A DNA stretch of 64,000 nt, from the NCBI RefSeq assembly GCF_009834535.1, contig NC_045696.1:84632001-84696000 (forward strand). Reading direction: 5' to 3'. This DNA is from Camelus ferus (Eukaryota). The notes beneath the pieces are model-generated. The model saw nothing but the letters and a program-made list of their open reading frames with translations, was not told the origin of the DNA and did not search any database. Both the position numbers and the translations under genes were made by a program. Numbering within the stretch: position 1 is the stretch's first letter; the number at the start of each line of letters is the position of its first letter. This document shows, in pieces, positions 1 through 14,941 of this stretch.

Positions 1-119
1 AACCCCTTCCTAAAAAATAAGAAAAAAACAAATAAATAAATAAAAATAAAATGGAAGGCAAAATATAATACATGGTTTGTAAAACACTGTAAATCAGGCT
101 AGAAAAAGATAATGATTCC

Positions 120-787
120 TTAGAGACAGGAAACACATGTGATGAAACCTCTGATTTCCCCAGCTTACTACTTTCAGAGAAGTTATGGGCTGTGGCACAG
201 TGAAGAGAAAACTAGATAAAGCCTGGAAGACTCCTTGCATTAAGGAAGTGGAAATGAGAGTCTGTAGAGACCAGGATAGCTAGAATTTGAAGAACAGAAT
301 ACTAGAGAGAAGACAGCTGCACAGAGAGAAAACTTCAGAGATCTCCAGAGTATCCCCTTTGGGTAGTAACTGGGGAATAAGTGTAAGAAAACTACTGAAA
401 GCTGGAAAATAAATCATTTGAAAGTATTAAAAGATATATTGCCCAATACTTACCTAGGACTGAAAAACCTTATAACTCACAGAGCATTGGATAGAGTACA
501 GGAAAGAGTTTTGATTCAATAATGGAGAATATCCCTAAAAACTGCTCTATGGATCTAATAGAGTTTAAAGGTAAGACTCAAAAGGATTAAACTCTTTCCA
601 AGTAATATAACTGTATCACAAAACAAAAGTAAAGAAGTAAAAGCACAATGTCCGGTATTCAATCAAAATTACCAGGCATATAAAGGAGCAGAAAAATAAG
701 ACTTATTATTAAGAGAAAACCAATCAATCAAAATTGACTCAGAACTACATAGATATTAGGAATTACAGACATTAGTATATTAAGACA

Positions 788-825
<38 letters not shown>

Positions 826-1480
826 GTTTAAAAAGTTAAACAGAGATATCTAAGACATACACATCACTCAAATCAAACTTATAAAGATGAAATCAATATA
901 GTCTGAGATGAAAAATGCATTGGATGGGATTAGAGGCAGATTAAATATTGCAGATGAGAGGATTAGAGAATTTGAAGATAAAGCCATAAAAATCTATCTA
1001 AAATGAAACACACAAGAAAAATAACTAAAACAAATTTAAAGTACACCAATGAGATGCACACTGGACAACTTCACATGGTTGAATATATGTATAATTTAAG
1101 TCCTTGATGTATATGAAGTAACAACAATAAAAAATTATTTGAAGAAATTACAACTGGAAAATTTTTTAATTGATGAAAAATATATACCCACAGGTCCAAA
1201 GAGTTCAACAAACCCAAACACAAGAAACATGTATAAAATTATACCAAGGAACTTGATAATTAAATTGTTAAAAACCATTGATAAAGATAAAATTGAAAAA
1301 GCAGTCAGAGGAAAAACCTTATTTCGTACAACAGAACAAACAAAGATGATACCACATCGCTCATCAGAAACAATGCAAGCCAGAAGAAAGTGTTACTACA
1401 TTATAAAGTACTGGAAAAAAAAAAAACAACAAATGCTCAATTTGTAATTTGATATTCAGTAGAAATATATTTCACAATTG
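120..1480 (+). mobile_element. Ancient LINE-1 (L1M-class) 5' region and decayed ORF1
   Basis: ORF 1139-1447 contains IPRNLIIKLLKTIDKDKIEKAVR and SSETMQARR, matching the L1 ORF1p motifs PRHIIIKL..KDKEKILKAAR and SxETxQARR. The upstream A-rich 'gatgggattagaggcagattaaatattgcaga' resembles the L1M ORF1 coiled-coil region. Confidence 0.85.
788..825. repeat. (ATT)n microsatellite, about 12 units
   Basis: Read directly: attattattatt... Confidence 0.95.
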
Positions 1481-1489
1481 AAAGAGAGA

Positions 1490-2050
1490 ATTCTGGTTCC
1501 AGGGTATAATGGCATAGATTCAGTTTTCCTTGCTACTCCCTTCGAAATACAATTAAATTTCTGAAAATAATTAAACAGCCAATCATAAAATCATTCTGAA
1601 ATTTGGAAAGAAGAAGATAGACTGGCTAGAGACTTCAGAGTTTTAAAGAAAGTCCATGATTAGTTCCCTGGATTTTTTTTTTTTTAATCTTCCATATATC
1701 CTCAACTGTAAGTTAAGAGGCCTGTAATCCAGAATCAACAACAAACATAGAAAAATAAATACATTAAAAGAAAAGTCTACCTTCTCTTGACAAAGACACA
1801 GGAAAAGGAAATCTAGCATGGATGTCCTTAGTGGTAAACACCTATCCATGGCAAAGAGGTGCCAACAGGGTTCAGTAGACCAACCCATTCTCCACTCGCA
1901 CTCACTGGTTAACAGGTGGGCCAGACTGCCTTTAGCAGCAGAACTCAACGTGGGACCCAGGCAACCCCATCCCCCACCCAAGTCAGATGTCAGTAGGTGA
2001 GCCTTTCCATTTCTAGTAGTGTTTACATGCCTCTTGTCTCCTAACCCTTC
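1490..2050 (+). mobile_element. Probable second ancient L1 5'-end fragment
   Basis: Starts 'ttctggttccagggtataatggc', like L1M 5' ends (cttccggtt..aagatggc), and is more GC-rich. Family assignment is by recall only. Confidence 0.5.
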
Positions 2051-3720
2051 ACCCCATCTCAGACAGTCACTCAGACCTAGAAGAGCTTTGAAAAAGCAAT
2101 CAAAACAGCCTTGAAAAGGAGGGAAAAAAACATTTGAGGACTTAAACAACAGTAACCAAGACAGCATATTATCTGTGTCAAAAGAGGCATACAGATCTCT
2201 GGAAGAGAAAGGAGAATCCAGAATAAACACACACATATATTAAAAACAAAGCAAAACAAACTATTCTTTAACAATGATGTGAAGCAATATGTAGAAAAAT
2301 GGAACTATTTTCAACAAATGATGCTGGAATGGCTGGAAGTCATATGCAAAAAATAAACTTCAACCCATACTTAATACCACTGATAAAAGTATCAAAATAA
2401 CTAATAGTCCCAAATGTGAAACCTAAAATCAGAAGACTTTTGTTAAGACAATGTTAGAAGAAAATCTTTGTGAACTTGAATTAGAGAAATATTTATCAAA
2501 CATGTCACCAAAAGCACAATACAGAAGGCAAAAACAATTATGCATTGGACCTCACAAATACTAAAAGTTCTGATCTTCATTTCCTGGGCCAAGTGATCAA
2601 GGTTAACATAAGATTAGCATCATTTGAGGGGCATTCTAAAAAATACCTGACCAGTATTTTCACCTCAAAATTGTCAAGATCATCAAAGACAAGGAAAGTC
2701 TGAGAAATTCTCACAGCCAAGAGATAAAAACATGACAACTAAGTGGAATGCAGTGTCCTGGACGGAATGTTGGCATAGAAATAGGACATTAAGTAAAAAG
2801 TAAGGAAATATGAATAGGATATGGACTTTACTTAATGACAATGTATCAATATTTGTTCATTAATTGTAGCAAATATGCCATACTAATGTACAATGTCAAA
2901 AATAGGAAAACTACATGAGGAATTTTATAGGCACTCTCTGTACTATTTTTGTAATTTTTCTGGAAATGTAAAAATATTTTAAAATAAAGATTAATAAAAA
3001 CATAATTTGGAGCAAGAAAACAAAGTTTGCTGTTTGTAAGATAATACTTAAGGAAATGAAAGCGACAAACCAGACTGGGAGAAAATATTTGCAAAACGTA
3101 TCTCTGATTTAAAAAAAAGACACACACACTTGTATCCTACAATATATAATGAATTCTCTAAACTCAATTATTAGAACACAAAACAAAACAGATTTCACTT
3201 GCACAAATGGGCAGAATATTTGACCATGCATTTAAACAAAATTTTAAAGATATACTATGACAAGTAAGAACATAAAAATATGCTTAATATCATTAGCCAC
3301 TATGAAAGTACAAATTAAAACCACTATGATTTGCCAGTAGACAATTATTTGAATTGTTAAAATTAAAAAGCCTGACCATAGCAAGTGTTGACAAGGATGA
3401 AGAAAAACTGGAAGCCTCATACATTTCTGATAGGAATGTAAAATGGTACAACTACTTGGAAAATAAAATTATGGCTTCTTAAAAACTTAAGCCTACTTCA
3501 ACATATGATTCAGTCTATTTCCAGTTATTTTCTCAAGAAAAGAGAAACTACCCCAAAAGGTTCACAGCAGCTTTATTTGTAATAGCTAGTAAATGGAAAT
3601 AATGCAAAAGTCTAATGACAGAAAAAAGAAATTGTGGCTTATCCATAATGTGGAATAAAAAAGTAATGAACTATGGATGCATAACAACATGGATGAATCT
3701 AAGAATAATTATTCTTATTC
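2050..3720 (+). mobile_element. Ancient L1 ORF2 3' part and 3' end, interrupted at about 2580-3000
   Basis: Typical ORF2 remnants: 'ttcaacaaatgatgctggaa', 'gactgggagaaaatatttgcaa', 'ggaatgtaaaatggtacaactacttggaaaa', 'aacaacatggatgaatct'. Confidence 0.85.
2580..3000 (+). mobile_element. L1MC/L1MD-type 3' UTR fragment inserted into the older L1
   Basis: 'aaagacaaggaaagtctgagaaattctcacagccaagag...gtcctgga' and the ending 'ctctctgtactatttttgtaatttttctg...aaaataaa' are typical of L1MC/MD 3' ends. Confidence 0.7.
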
Positions 3721-4549
3721 ATATTTCCATACCACTCTGAATGCATTAGAATACTTAAAGAAGTAGTCATATACAATTTTTTGAGGTACTTTTTTTTTTT
3801 AGTATTTTTAGCCTTTATTTGCTTATACATACATATATACACAACACATATATTTACATTTTATACAAAAGAACACTGCATCTATAGATAAATATATAAC
3901 TAAATATTTATACATAAAATTACATATATCTACATATGTAACTATAAGCATTTATATAGTTACATATATAGTAATATATAATTTTCTTTTGTATAAACAT
4001 CCATAACTTGCTTGGATAAAATAGAAATATAACCTAATATAAACCTAAATCTGGGACCTAAAAAGTGCCATAATTTCAGAGCAAAGGCTAAAATGTTTTT
4101 TAATGGACAAAAATTTTAAATTATTATCTGCTTACTCAGAAAATCCAGATTAGTAACATGTTATAGAGCAGAAACCAGGATGATTTACTGCATTTATCTG
4201 AGTGGAAAAATTGTATTAGATGGTGAGTGTCTTGTATTGGTTTCACTCATTCACATGGTTGAATCAAAATTTTCTATGATTTTATTTAGTCTGTTTTTAC
4301 TCCTTTATTTTCCATACTTAGCAAATTGCAGAGTATAATAACAGTATTCTGAATGGACTCCACTGAATGTCAGGCCTTTTCAGTTTTAGAAAATTAGAGT
4401 TTAGTATGGCTGATGGAGATCCCACAGCTTAGTGAGGAGCAGATCACCAATTACCCTTTCTGGCTCCTCCAGAAGCCCTCAGAATTCTGGCATTAATGGT
4501 CCACTTTGAGGGACCAATTTGTCTATTAAATAAAAAGTTGCCAGAAACT

Positions 4550-4850
4550 GTTTGCCATGAATGTCTTTTCTTCAAGAAGTTTACATACTAGTACAGGAGA
4601 CAAAGTAAGCCAGCAATTACAGTCAGTGTAGTACAGGTAAACATAAGGAGCTGAGGGAGTACAGAATTGAGAATGGCAAATTAGAATTATGTTAATGCAG
4701 TCGTAGAAACTTTTCCCATTGGGAATGATGCTTGGGCTAAATTTTAAAATAAAAATAACAATTATTCAGATATAAAAGGAGAAAATAAGGTATTCCAAGG
4801 AAAGGAGACAGCATGTGAGAATGTACTGAGTTGAGAAATGGCATGTTAAT
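4550..4850 (-). mobile_element. L2 fragment
   Basis: 'cttcaagaagtttacatactagtacaggagaca' and 'tattccaagg...cagcatgtg' resemble the reverse complement of the L2 3' region. Confidence 0.55.
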
Positions 4851-5959
4851 TGGTGTTTTCCCGCCATTATTACACCTTAGTAGTTTAAAAACCACTAAGG
4901 AAATTGATGAGTTCTGAGAGAGTAAACTCGAACACCTGAACAGAATAACACTGTGGCAATTGGGAAAGCAGGAGACTGGCTGGAAAATCACCTGGAAACA
5001 TGCTGAGTGTAATGCTGTGCCATATTTGCTTGGCCACCTGGCTGTACTTCTCAACTATGATGCCAGAACAAGACAAAAATTTGGCAAGAAGTACAAACCA
5101 CAGTGTTCAAAAACTAATGGAGATGCATCCTAGAAGCAACAGACAGATTCAAATTAATGGGTCAGTGTTACTGCTTCGCAGAAGGAACTGATAATTCAGT
5201 TCCATTATTTACGTCTTTTTACCCCCTCCTCATACTTTCCTCTAAAGGGAAATTTTTTAATTATATATATATGTACTCTATAAGTTTAGTTAATGTCAAG
5301 TTTTATTCTCATTTACAAGTCATTTTGCTTCTTTAAGGAGACAGTTAATGTGCTCATCTCTCATGCGTCAATTTTATATTTCAAATTTTAGGACACACTT
5401 TCTTTCCAAGGTTTGGAAAAGAGAGGAACATGAGGAACTATCATTAAATATTTTCTCCAAGTGATTATATATTAATATGCAATGTAAATGTGAGGGATTT
5501 ATTACAAAGATGGCCCTGTATCTTTTGTTCTCTGTATCCACAGTCTTGCAATGTGGGCCCTTACCAGCTGCTCCTTCATTTGGCACTAGTGGGAAGCGCA
5601 AAACCATGCATAGGAACCCTCACTTGGCTCCATCCCTGGCCACCTTTAAAAATGCCCAGCGAATTTCCTTTCCTCCTGCTCTCAAGACATTTTTGTATCT
5701 GTTTGTTCATATGCAAAGCAGAAGGGCAAGAGGGAGGTATGAAGTATAAGAGTGGTTAGCAGATAAGCATCAAAAATGAATTGAGAGTCTATTACTGATG
5801 TTTGCCAGATGACTGAAACACGCTTGTTGAATTTAATTGAATTGGAACTTTTTGAAGTAAGCTATTATGATGATCTATGAGACATGCAATGTGAGGTCAT
5901 TAAGGAATATGAAAGTTTGACTGACTGGTATTTTTAGGCATTTAAATTTTAGTCATTTT

Positions 5960-7700
5960 AGTTATCTAAAAGGTATATGAGTAGTAACAAAGAAACATTA
6001 TTTGAAGAACATATCACAGGAAATAAAATTACAAAAGTTGGACAAAATATAAGAAAGCAGAATTATCTGAAGTCAGTAGTAAATAACCAAGAGCAAATGG
6101 AAAGCTCGGAGGTAGTTAACTTTTGAAAGACTGGAAAATAAAAGGGCAAAATTTACAGCTTGTAACAGTCTTGCCTGATACATACCTCAGATGCAAATCT
6201 CAATGCCACAGCTAAAGCAGCACAGAACCACAGCCTTAGAAGCTCAGCGTGGCAGAGAACAGAGTTCAGGAATGTAAGGATATCTGGGAATTAAGACAGA
6301 GAGTGCTAGACGTAAGAGTACCATAGAACAACTGAAAGGATAAAACTCAAATTTGTATACACACCTCCCAAATGCTTCACTGATCCCTAACATGAATGCC
6401 CTGGATAGACCCCAGGGTTTTTCTTCCCTCAAAAGCAGAAAGAAACCAGAGAGAAATTTACCCTTGAAAGAAAGGACTGTACTGTGTAAGCTTTGTAAGT
6501 TTGCTTTGTTGGCTGTGCATTTGTGAACATATGAGCAGCTTCAAAAGCAGAAAACTGAAACCTGATTATCTTGAGGTATCAGAGGGTAGAGCACACAGAT
6601 GGCAAAGATGCTGGAAATTCAAAGGAGAAACTGCAGAAATCAGACAATCTGAGACAGGTGAGGACAAAATTTTCAGTATAAACTACCCAAATTATCTGTC
6701 TAGACACAGAGAAGATCTTTCGGGGCCAGGCTTGAAAAAAAAAAAAGGCAGCTAGAATCTGAAAGAACTGAGAAGAGGTAGCATGTTATAAGGGAAACAA
6801 AGTTTTTATTTTGAGTGCAGGTAACTTCATTGTCTACCAAAACAAAAATCTCACAAATTCTATAAGACGATAAAAGAATTTAAATTTAGTACAAAGTATT
6901 ATATATAATGTCTAGTTTTTAGCCAAAAATTACTAGACAAATAAACTAAACAACAAAAAAGGAAAATGTGACCAATTCAGACAGAAAGAAAAAAGCAGTT
7001 AATAGAAATGTATTCTGATATGTTGTTACTGTGAATTTACTTAAGACTTCAAATAGTTATGATAAAGATATTAAAATAATTAAAGAAAAAATATGAGAAT
7101 AATTAAAGAATAGTATGATCTCAATGAGTGAAAGGATCAAATGGAAACAGGAGAAAAAAATGGAAAGCTCTAAAGATGAAAAAAGTACAGTAAGTGAAAT
7201 GAATGTTCACAAGACAAATACAACAGATTTGAGATGGAAAACCAAAAACTGAGTGCATTTTAAAGTAAGTCAATAGAAATTATCTATATCAAACAATATA
7301 AAGCAAAAATATTAAAAAAAAAAAACCCTGGGTCTCAGAGATTTATCAAGTGTTTCGATTATAGGCATAATTATACACCAAAAAGAAGAGAAAGAAATGA
7401 ATAGACAAATATTTGATGAAATAGTGGCCAAATTTTTCACAAATTTAGTGAAAAACACTGAATTTTATATCCAGAAACCTAAATGAACCCCAAGTTATAT
7501 AAATTATAAGAAAAATGTATCTAGGCACTTCATGGCTAAATTGCCCAAAGACCAAGTTAGAGAGTAAAATCTTGACAGCAGCTGGAGAAAAGTGATTTAT
7601 TAGATAAAGAGTGAACGAGCTGATTAAAAGCTAACTTCTCACAAGAGGTAATGAAGGTCACAAGATGTTAAAATGTACGAAGTGCTGAAAAAATTTGTCA
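5960..7700 (+). mobile_element. Ancient L1 5' UTR and decayed ORF1
   Basis: 'atatttgatgaaatagtggccaaatttttcacaaattt' (IFEEI.AENFP-like), 'tctaggcacttcatggctaaattgc' (PRHII.KL-like) and 'aaaatcttgacagcagct' (KILKAA-like). Confidence 0.75.
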
Positions 7701-9376
7701 GTAGTCATTCAGTCATAGAGATAATTTAGACCTGTCTCATGGCTACCCATGAAGTCAAGCCACCTCACAAACACCCTCAGCCTTCCCATTAATAAAGAAA
7801 TGAATAAACTGTTTTCTGTTTCCTGGAAAAAATGTACATTCACCATTTGAAACATATAGAAAATACTGTCCTTAATGCTAGAAGAAAATTTCTAAAAGTA
7901 AAAAATATACTTCTAGTAGCACAGCTCTCCTATTGAAATCTAATTATTCAACTGACTTCTTTCCTTTTTGTTATATCAATATACCAATATTTTGATAGAT
8001 CTGCCATAAAGTAATTTTAGTTTGATCACTGTATCAAATCCTTAGCTATAAAAATTGGATTGAGAATACCATCTCTGGGCCTGGGTTGCAATTATTTTAC
8101 TGGTTAATAGGTTATAGCCTAGAAGGAACTGTAGAACATTAAATCTCGTTTCTGCCTCCCCATGCTGTGTAAAAACTTTGTTTGAATGAAGATAGTTTAG
8201 TGTTATTCACAGAAAACAAATGATCACCTTGAATTATTTTTCTATTTATAAGATGAAGAAAAAAGTCTTATAGAGTGAGTTAAATAGCATTTTCATCCGC
8301 CATGGCTATTAGCTTGAGATGAAATAATCAAATCACTCAGGGTATCTTGCTCCTTTAACATTTTTTGATGGCATATATTTTAAGTGATGCTTTTTATTAA
8401 AATTCTTATCTCCTTGAAGGCATCGATATGCATTTATTTTTTAAAAATGACAACTGACAGGGATTCCATGCATATTAACATTAGTCCTTTTTTTCTTTTC
8501 TTTATGGGATGACTGAATTCTAAAGAACCAAAGGAAAAATAATCATCTGGGTTTTGACAGAAGACAAACTAATAAGATCTTAAAGTTATAATAACATTGA
8601 ATGGATTAAAGAAGGGTTATCTAACTTAAAGTCACAAGAGAAAGAAACACAATGCATTGCTGTTATTTTGGGGGAATATATTCATGAGTAGAAATTACAT
8701 AATACAGCAGTTAGAGAAGTTACACATTTCAATCTATTTTGGAAATGATGAAACGATGCCAAAATAACTTACCCACAGGTAGGTAGTATTAGTCATGATT
8801 TATTGTCATGGTATCCTAATTCATATATATATACACACACACATATATATAACAAGCTTAAGTTAAAAAGGGTAAGTCATAATTGCAGCAGTAATCTTTG
8901 ATAAATGTCATAGCATTTGATAGTCATTTAAATAATGAAATATATGATGAACCAATAGTTCATTATGATGATTATATGTAGAAAATGATAAATGTTAATT
9001 TTTTTCAATGAATATGCATGTTCCCCTGTCTGCTGATGAAAATTTAAGAAAGGTCTTATGACATACCCACATTCTCTCAAGTAATAGCCCCCTTCTGATC
9101 TCTTCATGTCACAAAGTGTCTCAGCTTTGTAATTAAAAGGATCAAATCCAATATTAGTCACCTTTCATGGTATGATTGATTCCACCTTTCCCTCATGCTG
9201 ATTAGCTTCTCTTTTCCCAATTCACTTCTGTCACTTTTACTTGCTAGTTCTAAGTGTACCAGATTGAAGCGGAGTGTTCTATGAGGTAGATAGACAGTGA
9301 AATGAAATTCTTCTGGTCTGACTTTGTGGCTTCAGGCTTACTGAACTTGGAGGTGAAAATTCATGAGATTTGTTAC

Positions 9377-10137
9377 TTTTTTTTTTAATTGAGGTATAGT
9401 CAGTTACAATGTGTCAATTTTTATTGTACAGCTTAATGTCCCAGTCATGCATATGTATACATATATTCATTTCCATATTCTTTTCCATTAAAGGTTATTA
9501 TAAGATTTTGAATATAGTTCCCTGTGCTATACAGAAGAAATTTGTTTTTTTAATCTATTTTTATATATAATGATTAACATTTGCAAATCTCAAACTCCCA
9601 AAGTTATCCCTTCCTACCCCTTTTCCCATGGGAACCATAAGATTATTTATTATGTCTGCAAGTCTGTTTCTGTTTTGTAGATGAGTTCATTAGTGTCCTT
9701 TTTTTTCTTTCTTTTTTTTTTTTTTTTTTTTTTAGATCCCACATATGAGTGATATCATATGGTATTTTTCTTTCTCTTTCTGGCTTCCTTCTCTTAGAAG
9801 GATGATCTCCAGGTCCATCCATGTTGCTGCAAATGGCATTATTTATTCTTTTTTATGGTTGACTAGTATTCCATTGTATAAATATACCACAACTTCTTTA
9901 TCCAGTCCTCGGTCGATGGACATTTAGATTGCTTCCATGTCTTGGCTACTGTATATAGTGCTGCTATGGATACTGGGGTGCTTGTATCCTTTTGAATTAA
10001 GGTTCCCTCTGGATAAATGCCCAAGAGTGGGATTGCTGCATCATATGGTAAGTGTATTTTCAGTTTTTTGAGGAATCTCCATACTGTTTTCCATAATGGC
10101 TAAACCAAACTACATTTCCACCAGCAGTGTAGGAGAA
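9377..10137 (-). mobile_element. Relatively young, 5'-truncated LINE-1 3' end
   Basis: Poly(T) followed by 'aattgaggtatagtcagttacaatgtgtcaa', 'ccacatatgagtgatatcatatggtatt', 'tccatccatgttgctgcaaatggcatt' and 'ttttttgaggaatctccatactgttttccata'. Confidence 0.92.
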
Positions 10138-11609
10138 GTTCTTGTGAGATGATGAATGCAAACCATTAATTCTAATTCATGTGAATAGGTAATTTACTTC
10201 CTGCATAAGCCGGTCTTTCAGGACTTCATTCCTACCCTGCCCACTCCTGTTTGTCTTCTTTCTACCTCATGTAGATATATACAAATATGTTTATATTTAT
10301 AAATAGATTAATATAAATCTATGCTATGGCTGATGGATTCAAGATATATGGAACTGATTTCTGGAAATGTCCTTTGTAAAATGTGACTGTATTTATCTAT
10401 TTTTGGAATTTCAGATGCATTTTATATTTTATATTTGTGTCCTCATTAAAATTTCAATTTTAACATTTTTAACAATATTATAAGGCTGAAGTGAGCATCT
10501 TTCAATGCACTGTCTTATTTTATTTTTTTTATTTGTCCAGATTACAAAAAGTGGAATTCATAGGCCAATTATTTTAAATATTTTTAAAAATCTCAATAAC
10601 ACATGTTATAGAATACATTTCACAAACATCATAGAAACTGACTTCTAGCATCAGTGTATGAGAATACTCATAGGCAAAATATAACATTACAATCAAATTT
10701 CTTTATTCTGTCTTAACAGGATATAAAATTTTTAGGACAGTTTGTTTTTAACACACATATATACGTACATACACTTATGTGTGTATTTGCATGTACATAT
10801 ATGTGGGTATGAATGCTTTAAATCATGACTTTCATGATTTATGAGCATGTTGCCACTGAAAAAATCCACACTGAATATTGCCACAACTTTCTCTACCTAG
10901 TTGGGTGAGGCTGACCCTTTACTACAGGACTTAATGGGATTTAAACAGTAAAGAACTAGAAAGTTCTAAGTATATTACAGACCCAGAAAGTCACTGAAGT
11001 TTGACTTTGTTAAATTCTCTGAAATTTCTGAGTTGCAATTTTAAGAGAACATTTCTCAAAGTTGTTTTTATTTAATCCTTACCATAAATTTTAGGGGAAT
11101 ATTTATTCATATTCTGTGGAATAAAAACAGGCTCAGAAGATAATGCAAGCTTAATTTGGACAGACTTTTTTTCCAGTTAATCATCCATGTTTATGAACAA
11201 ATGCTTAAGGATGTCTCCCTGTTCAATGACATTCCAGTGTCAAAAAGTGAAAACTTGGAGAAGATTTGCTTAAGTTCCAGACTGAAAATAAGGTCACTGC
11301 CCCCAGAAGGGAGAACAGGTATGACACTAAATGAGAGTTTCCTAATTTCAGAGTTTTCCCCTGTAATGCAGCACACTGCATTTGCCTCACCAAGTCCCTT
11401 TCTGGAGTTCTGGTGCTCAGGGAATATTCTTGAGATATCGCTCTGACTGCTGCCTTTGCTGTGAGTAATACACTGTCTTTCTGTCTCTGACTCAGAATTT
11501 TGTATTTTCTGACAGTGTACACACACACACACATACACAAACCCGTGTGTGTATATGTACCTACATATGTGTGTATGTATTTATTATTAATTGGGTAACA
11601 TGCAAATTA

Positions 11610-12560
11610 TTTCAAATATAAAGAATTCCTTGCAGAGGCTTATTAACAGAACAAATACAGCTGAGGATACATCCTAAAGATAGCTCAATAGAAATTTCCC
11701 ATACTGGAACAAATCCTAGCCATTGTATTAATCCAAAACAAAACAAAACAAAAACAAAGGAACAAAACCCAAACAGTCATACAGATTGGAAAGAAAAGAG
11801 GCAAAACTGTATGTATCTGCTAAAAATCCAACCAACTACCTTAAACATTACAAATAAAGCTACCAGAACTAGTAATTCAGTTTAGCATGTTAGTAGAGCA
11901 AAGCCCATATATCAAAAATCCTTTGTATTTCTACATACTAGCTATGAGAAAATGGAATTTGGATTAAAATTATACATATAACATTTTAATAATGCCAACC
12001 ATGCTGAAATACTTAAACACAAATTTAACCAAATATATACAAGATTTGTATGTAAAATATTACAAAAATTGTTGAAATAAATCAAAGAAGTCAAACAAAG
12101 AGGTATACTGTGTTCATAAATTTAAAAACTCAAAATTGTTGTCAGTTTTTCCCAAATTGATATATGGATTCAATATTATCCCAATCAAAATCCCAGCAGG
12201 GTGTTTTGTAGAAGTCAATAAGCCGGATCTAAAGTTTACATAGTAAAATAAAGAAATTAGAATGGTCAAAATTATTTTGAAAAGAAAAACACAGTTTTTG
12301 GAGTCCACTACCTCATTTTAACACTTATTAAAAATAATCAAGGCAGTGTAGGATTGGCTAAATTGTAGATAGATACATAAGGGAACAAAATATGGAGTCC
12401 AGAAATTTACCCACATATACATGGTCAATTTATTTTTGCTACAGTTGAAGAGGAAGTTTAATGATAAAAGGAAAGTATTCTGCATTGGTGGTACTGAAAC
12501 AATTGGATGTCCATATGTAAAAAAAGTTCCTTGACCTATACTTCGTATTATACATAAATA
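11610..12560 (+). mobile_element. Ancient L1 ORF2 fragment
   Basis: 'catactggaacaaatcctagcca', 'tgtatttctacatactagc', 'cccaaattgatatatggattcaat', 'atcccaatcaaaatcccagcagg' and 'gtccagaaatttacccaca' are typical ORF2 remnants. Confidence 0.85.
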
Positions 12561-12649
12561 TGAATTAATTATTTTTTCTATTTATATTTGTGTGCATAAA
12601 CTTTCGTTTATGCATTCAATAGCTCTGTTAATCGTGAAGCAATATCTTG

Positions 12650-13030
12650 TATCAAGTAAGCTTATACATTTTGGAGTTAGATCAAACAGGGTCAAATTAA
12701 AGTTGTCACTTGAACTGGGTAACTTGGCAAATATAATTGCTCTCTTGCTAGTTCAATTTCACTGTATGTAAAACTTTTACATTTGTACTTAATTCATAAG
12801 GATATGGTGATAATTCAATGAGGTTATTCACAATTACTTCCTGTTGGGCTTCAGCCTAAGAGCTTGAATGTATCAACTCCTTTACTCTCACATCAAATCT
12901 ATGATGTTAACTTTAATCTACATTTTATGTATGAGAAAAGGAGGCACACAGAAGTCAAACAACACACTTAGAGACTGAGTAAGTTTTAGAGCCAGAATTT
13001 TAACTCAGACTGGCAGAGCCTCCACAGTAT
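12650..13030. mobile_element. Two MIR fragments in opposite orientation
   Basis: The core-like 'tggagttagatcaaacagggtcaaat...gtaacttggcaaat' is followed by the reverse-orientation 'cattttatgtatgagaaaaggaggcacacagaagtcaa'. Confidence 0.65.
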
Positions 13031-14941
13031 TAGCCACTCTCTTCTAGAGTTAACAGAGTGATGCATTTGAATGGGATGTGTTTGTGATGTGAGCACACAC
13101 GTAAAATATGTGAACCATTTCTTGGTAAGTCAGTGTTACTATTGATACAATTATTGCACTGCAGGTTATGAACTATTGCACAGTTTATTTTTCCTATCAT
13201 TAATCATACTATGATTTTTTGTTACTTTGAGTTTTGTGCTAGAAATTATTTTATTTTTCTGTCCTTTGAAATCAGGCTATTAGCTACACTTGATGTTACG
13301 TCTTAATAAACTTAATTTTCTCTTACAAGGCTTTTTCTCATCTTGATAACTCAACTTGCAATTTAAACTATATGAAAAAGGAGAGTGAACAACCTGATAT
13401 ATTCTCCTCCAAAATACATAAATTTTAATGCATTGATTTATGGCCCTGATTTTTGTTGCTCAGAAGCTTTTGAAAAAATTCACGCTTTTTTTTAATTTCA
13501 TTGTACTGGTATAATTATAATTATATATATTATATATATTTATATGCATATTTATCTTGCTATGAGTAGATTCATGTAGTTTCATATATTTACTTATGAA
13601 GACTTTCAATTTGATACAGATGTTACAGAGAAAAGACAGAAAATACATTATTTGAAAATAAGTATTCTAAATCATTAAGTACTCTACTTTATACTACTCA
13701 TGTTCTAGTGGGAATGCCCGTATGAATTTTAAAAATACTATAATAACAATTCTTCTTTCGTATGGTAGCATGGAGGATAGCCAGAATCATGCAGGATTCT
13801 ATCATCATATCAGTACCTAAAATCTCGGAGGAAAATGACATATGCATGAATTTCTATAAATAAATTATAATTGTTTGAAGGAGAGTAGGAAGAGAAGAAA
13901 GGAGGGTGATAATTGTCATAGTGAGTGTGGGCTTTCAATTTGCATTTTTTCATGATCTTTGTATAGTTACAAAAATAATTTTCCAAATTCCAAAATGTAT
14001 AGTCAAAATAGGGATATTTTCATTGTAATTCTTGCTGTCAAGAGACCAAAACTGTTTATCAATTTTTCAATCAATGTTAGTCTTCTTTATATTAAAAAGG
14101 CAATACTTTAACATTCTATTTAGTGGCTTGCAGTGAAAAAGTGAAATCCTCCGTGGCAATTCCTGTAAGATAATACAAAAAAAAATTTCTGAAGGCCAGA
14201 GTCTTTGTTATTACAGAAGACTATGCTATGAAAAAGAATGCTGGTTAGAGCAATCTGAATTATATGATTTGTAGACTATTCACTGGTTTTCATCTTCAGA
14301 TGGATGGCTGGAAATGGCTTTAGGCTACATATTCTCAAGTAAAAGTATAAACGTCTCTCATCATTTTATTCATTGTAAATACATTAGTCCAGTCAGCTGC
14401 AAAATTAATTTCTACTAAAATAAATTTCTTGAAATTTAACTTGAATTCTTTTACTTTAGGACTTTTAAAATGCTCTTGGAAGTCACATTTATTTGGATCA
14501 CAGATCTGTTCAACCATTAAAACACACTTCTGAATCACATAACTAATTCATTGATTGGCATACTTGAGACAGCAAGGTAAAATAAATGCACATTTGGGGA
14601 GAAGAAATCATTTCCTTTCAGATATGAGTTTTATTGAGAAAACAATCTGAGGACTTACCATCCATGAATATAGGTAGAGGCAATTAAGAATAATTAAAAA
14701 GATTAATCAACTTAGCGAGAGAATTAGTTCACTAATTTTTAGTGTGTCTTCCTAATTAAGAGACACGAAGGACTAATGATTGTTTTTATTTGTATCCCAA
14801 GTCCTGTATGTGAATGAAGGAGTCACTCATCCAAGGCTTCTATGGCTGAACTACACAGTTGCACGGTCAACAGAAATCCAACCAGGAAGCTCACAGTTGC
14901 TTTGAGAATATTCCAATTAAAAACTAAACCAAAAATAATTT

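Noticed and set aside
1643..2236. Longest ORF in the track (197 aa, minus strand)
   Set aside because: It is antisense to decayed L1 sequence, has no recognisable domain, and shows low-complexity F/L-rich composition.
11352..11460. Plus-strand exon candidate (tttcag|...|gtgagt)
   Set aside because: All three frames have stops, the exonic donor context is weak, and no partner exons were found on that strand.
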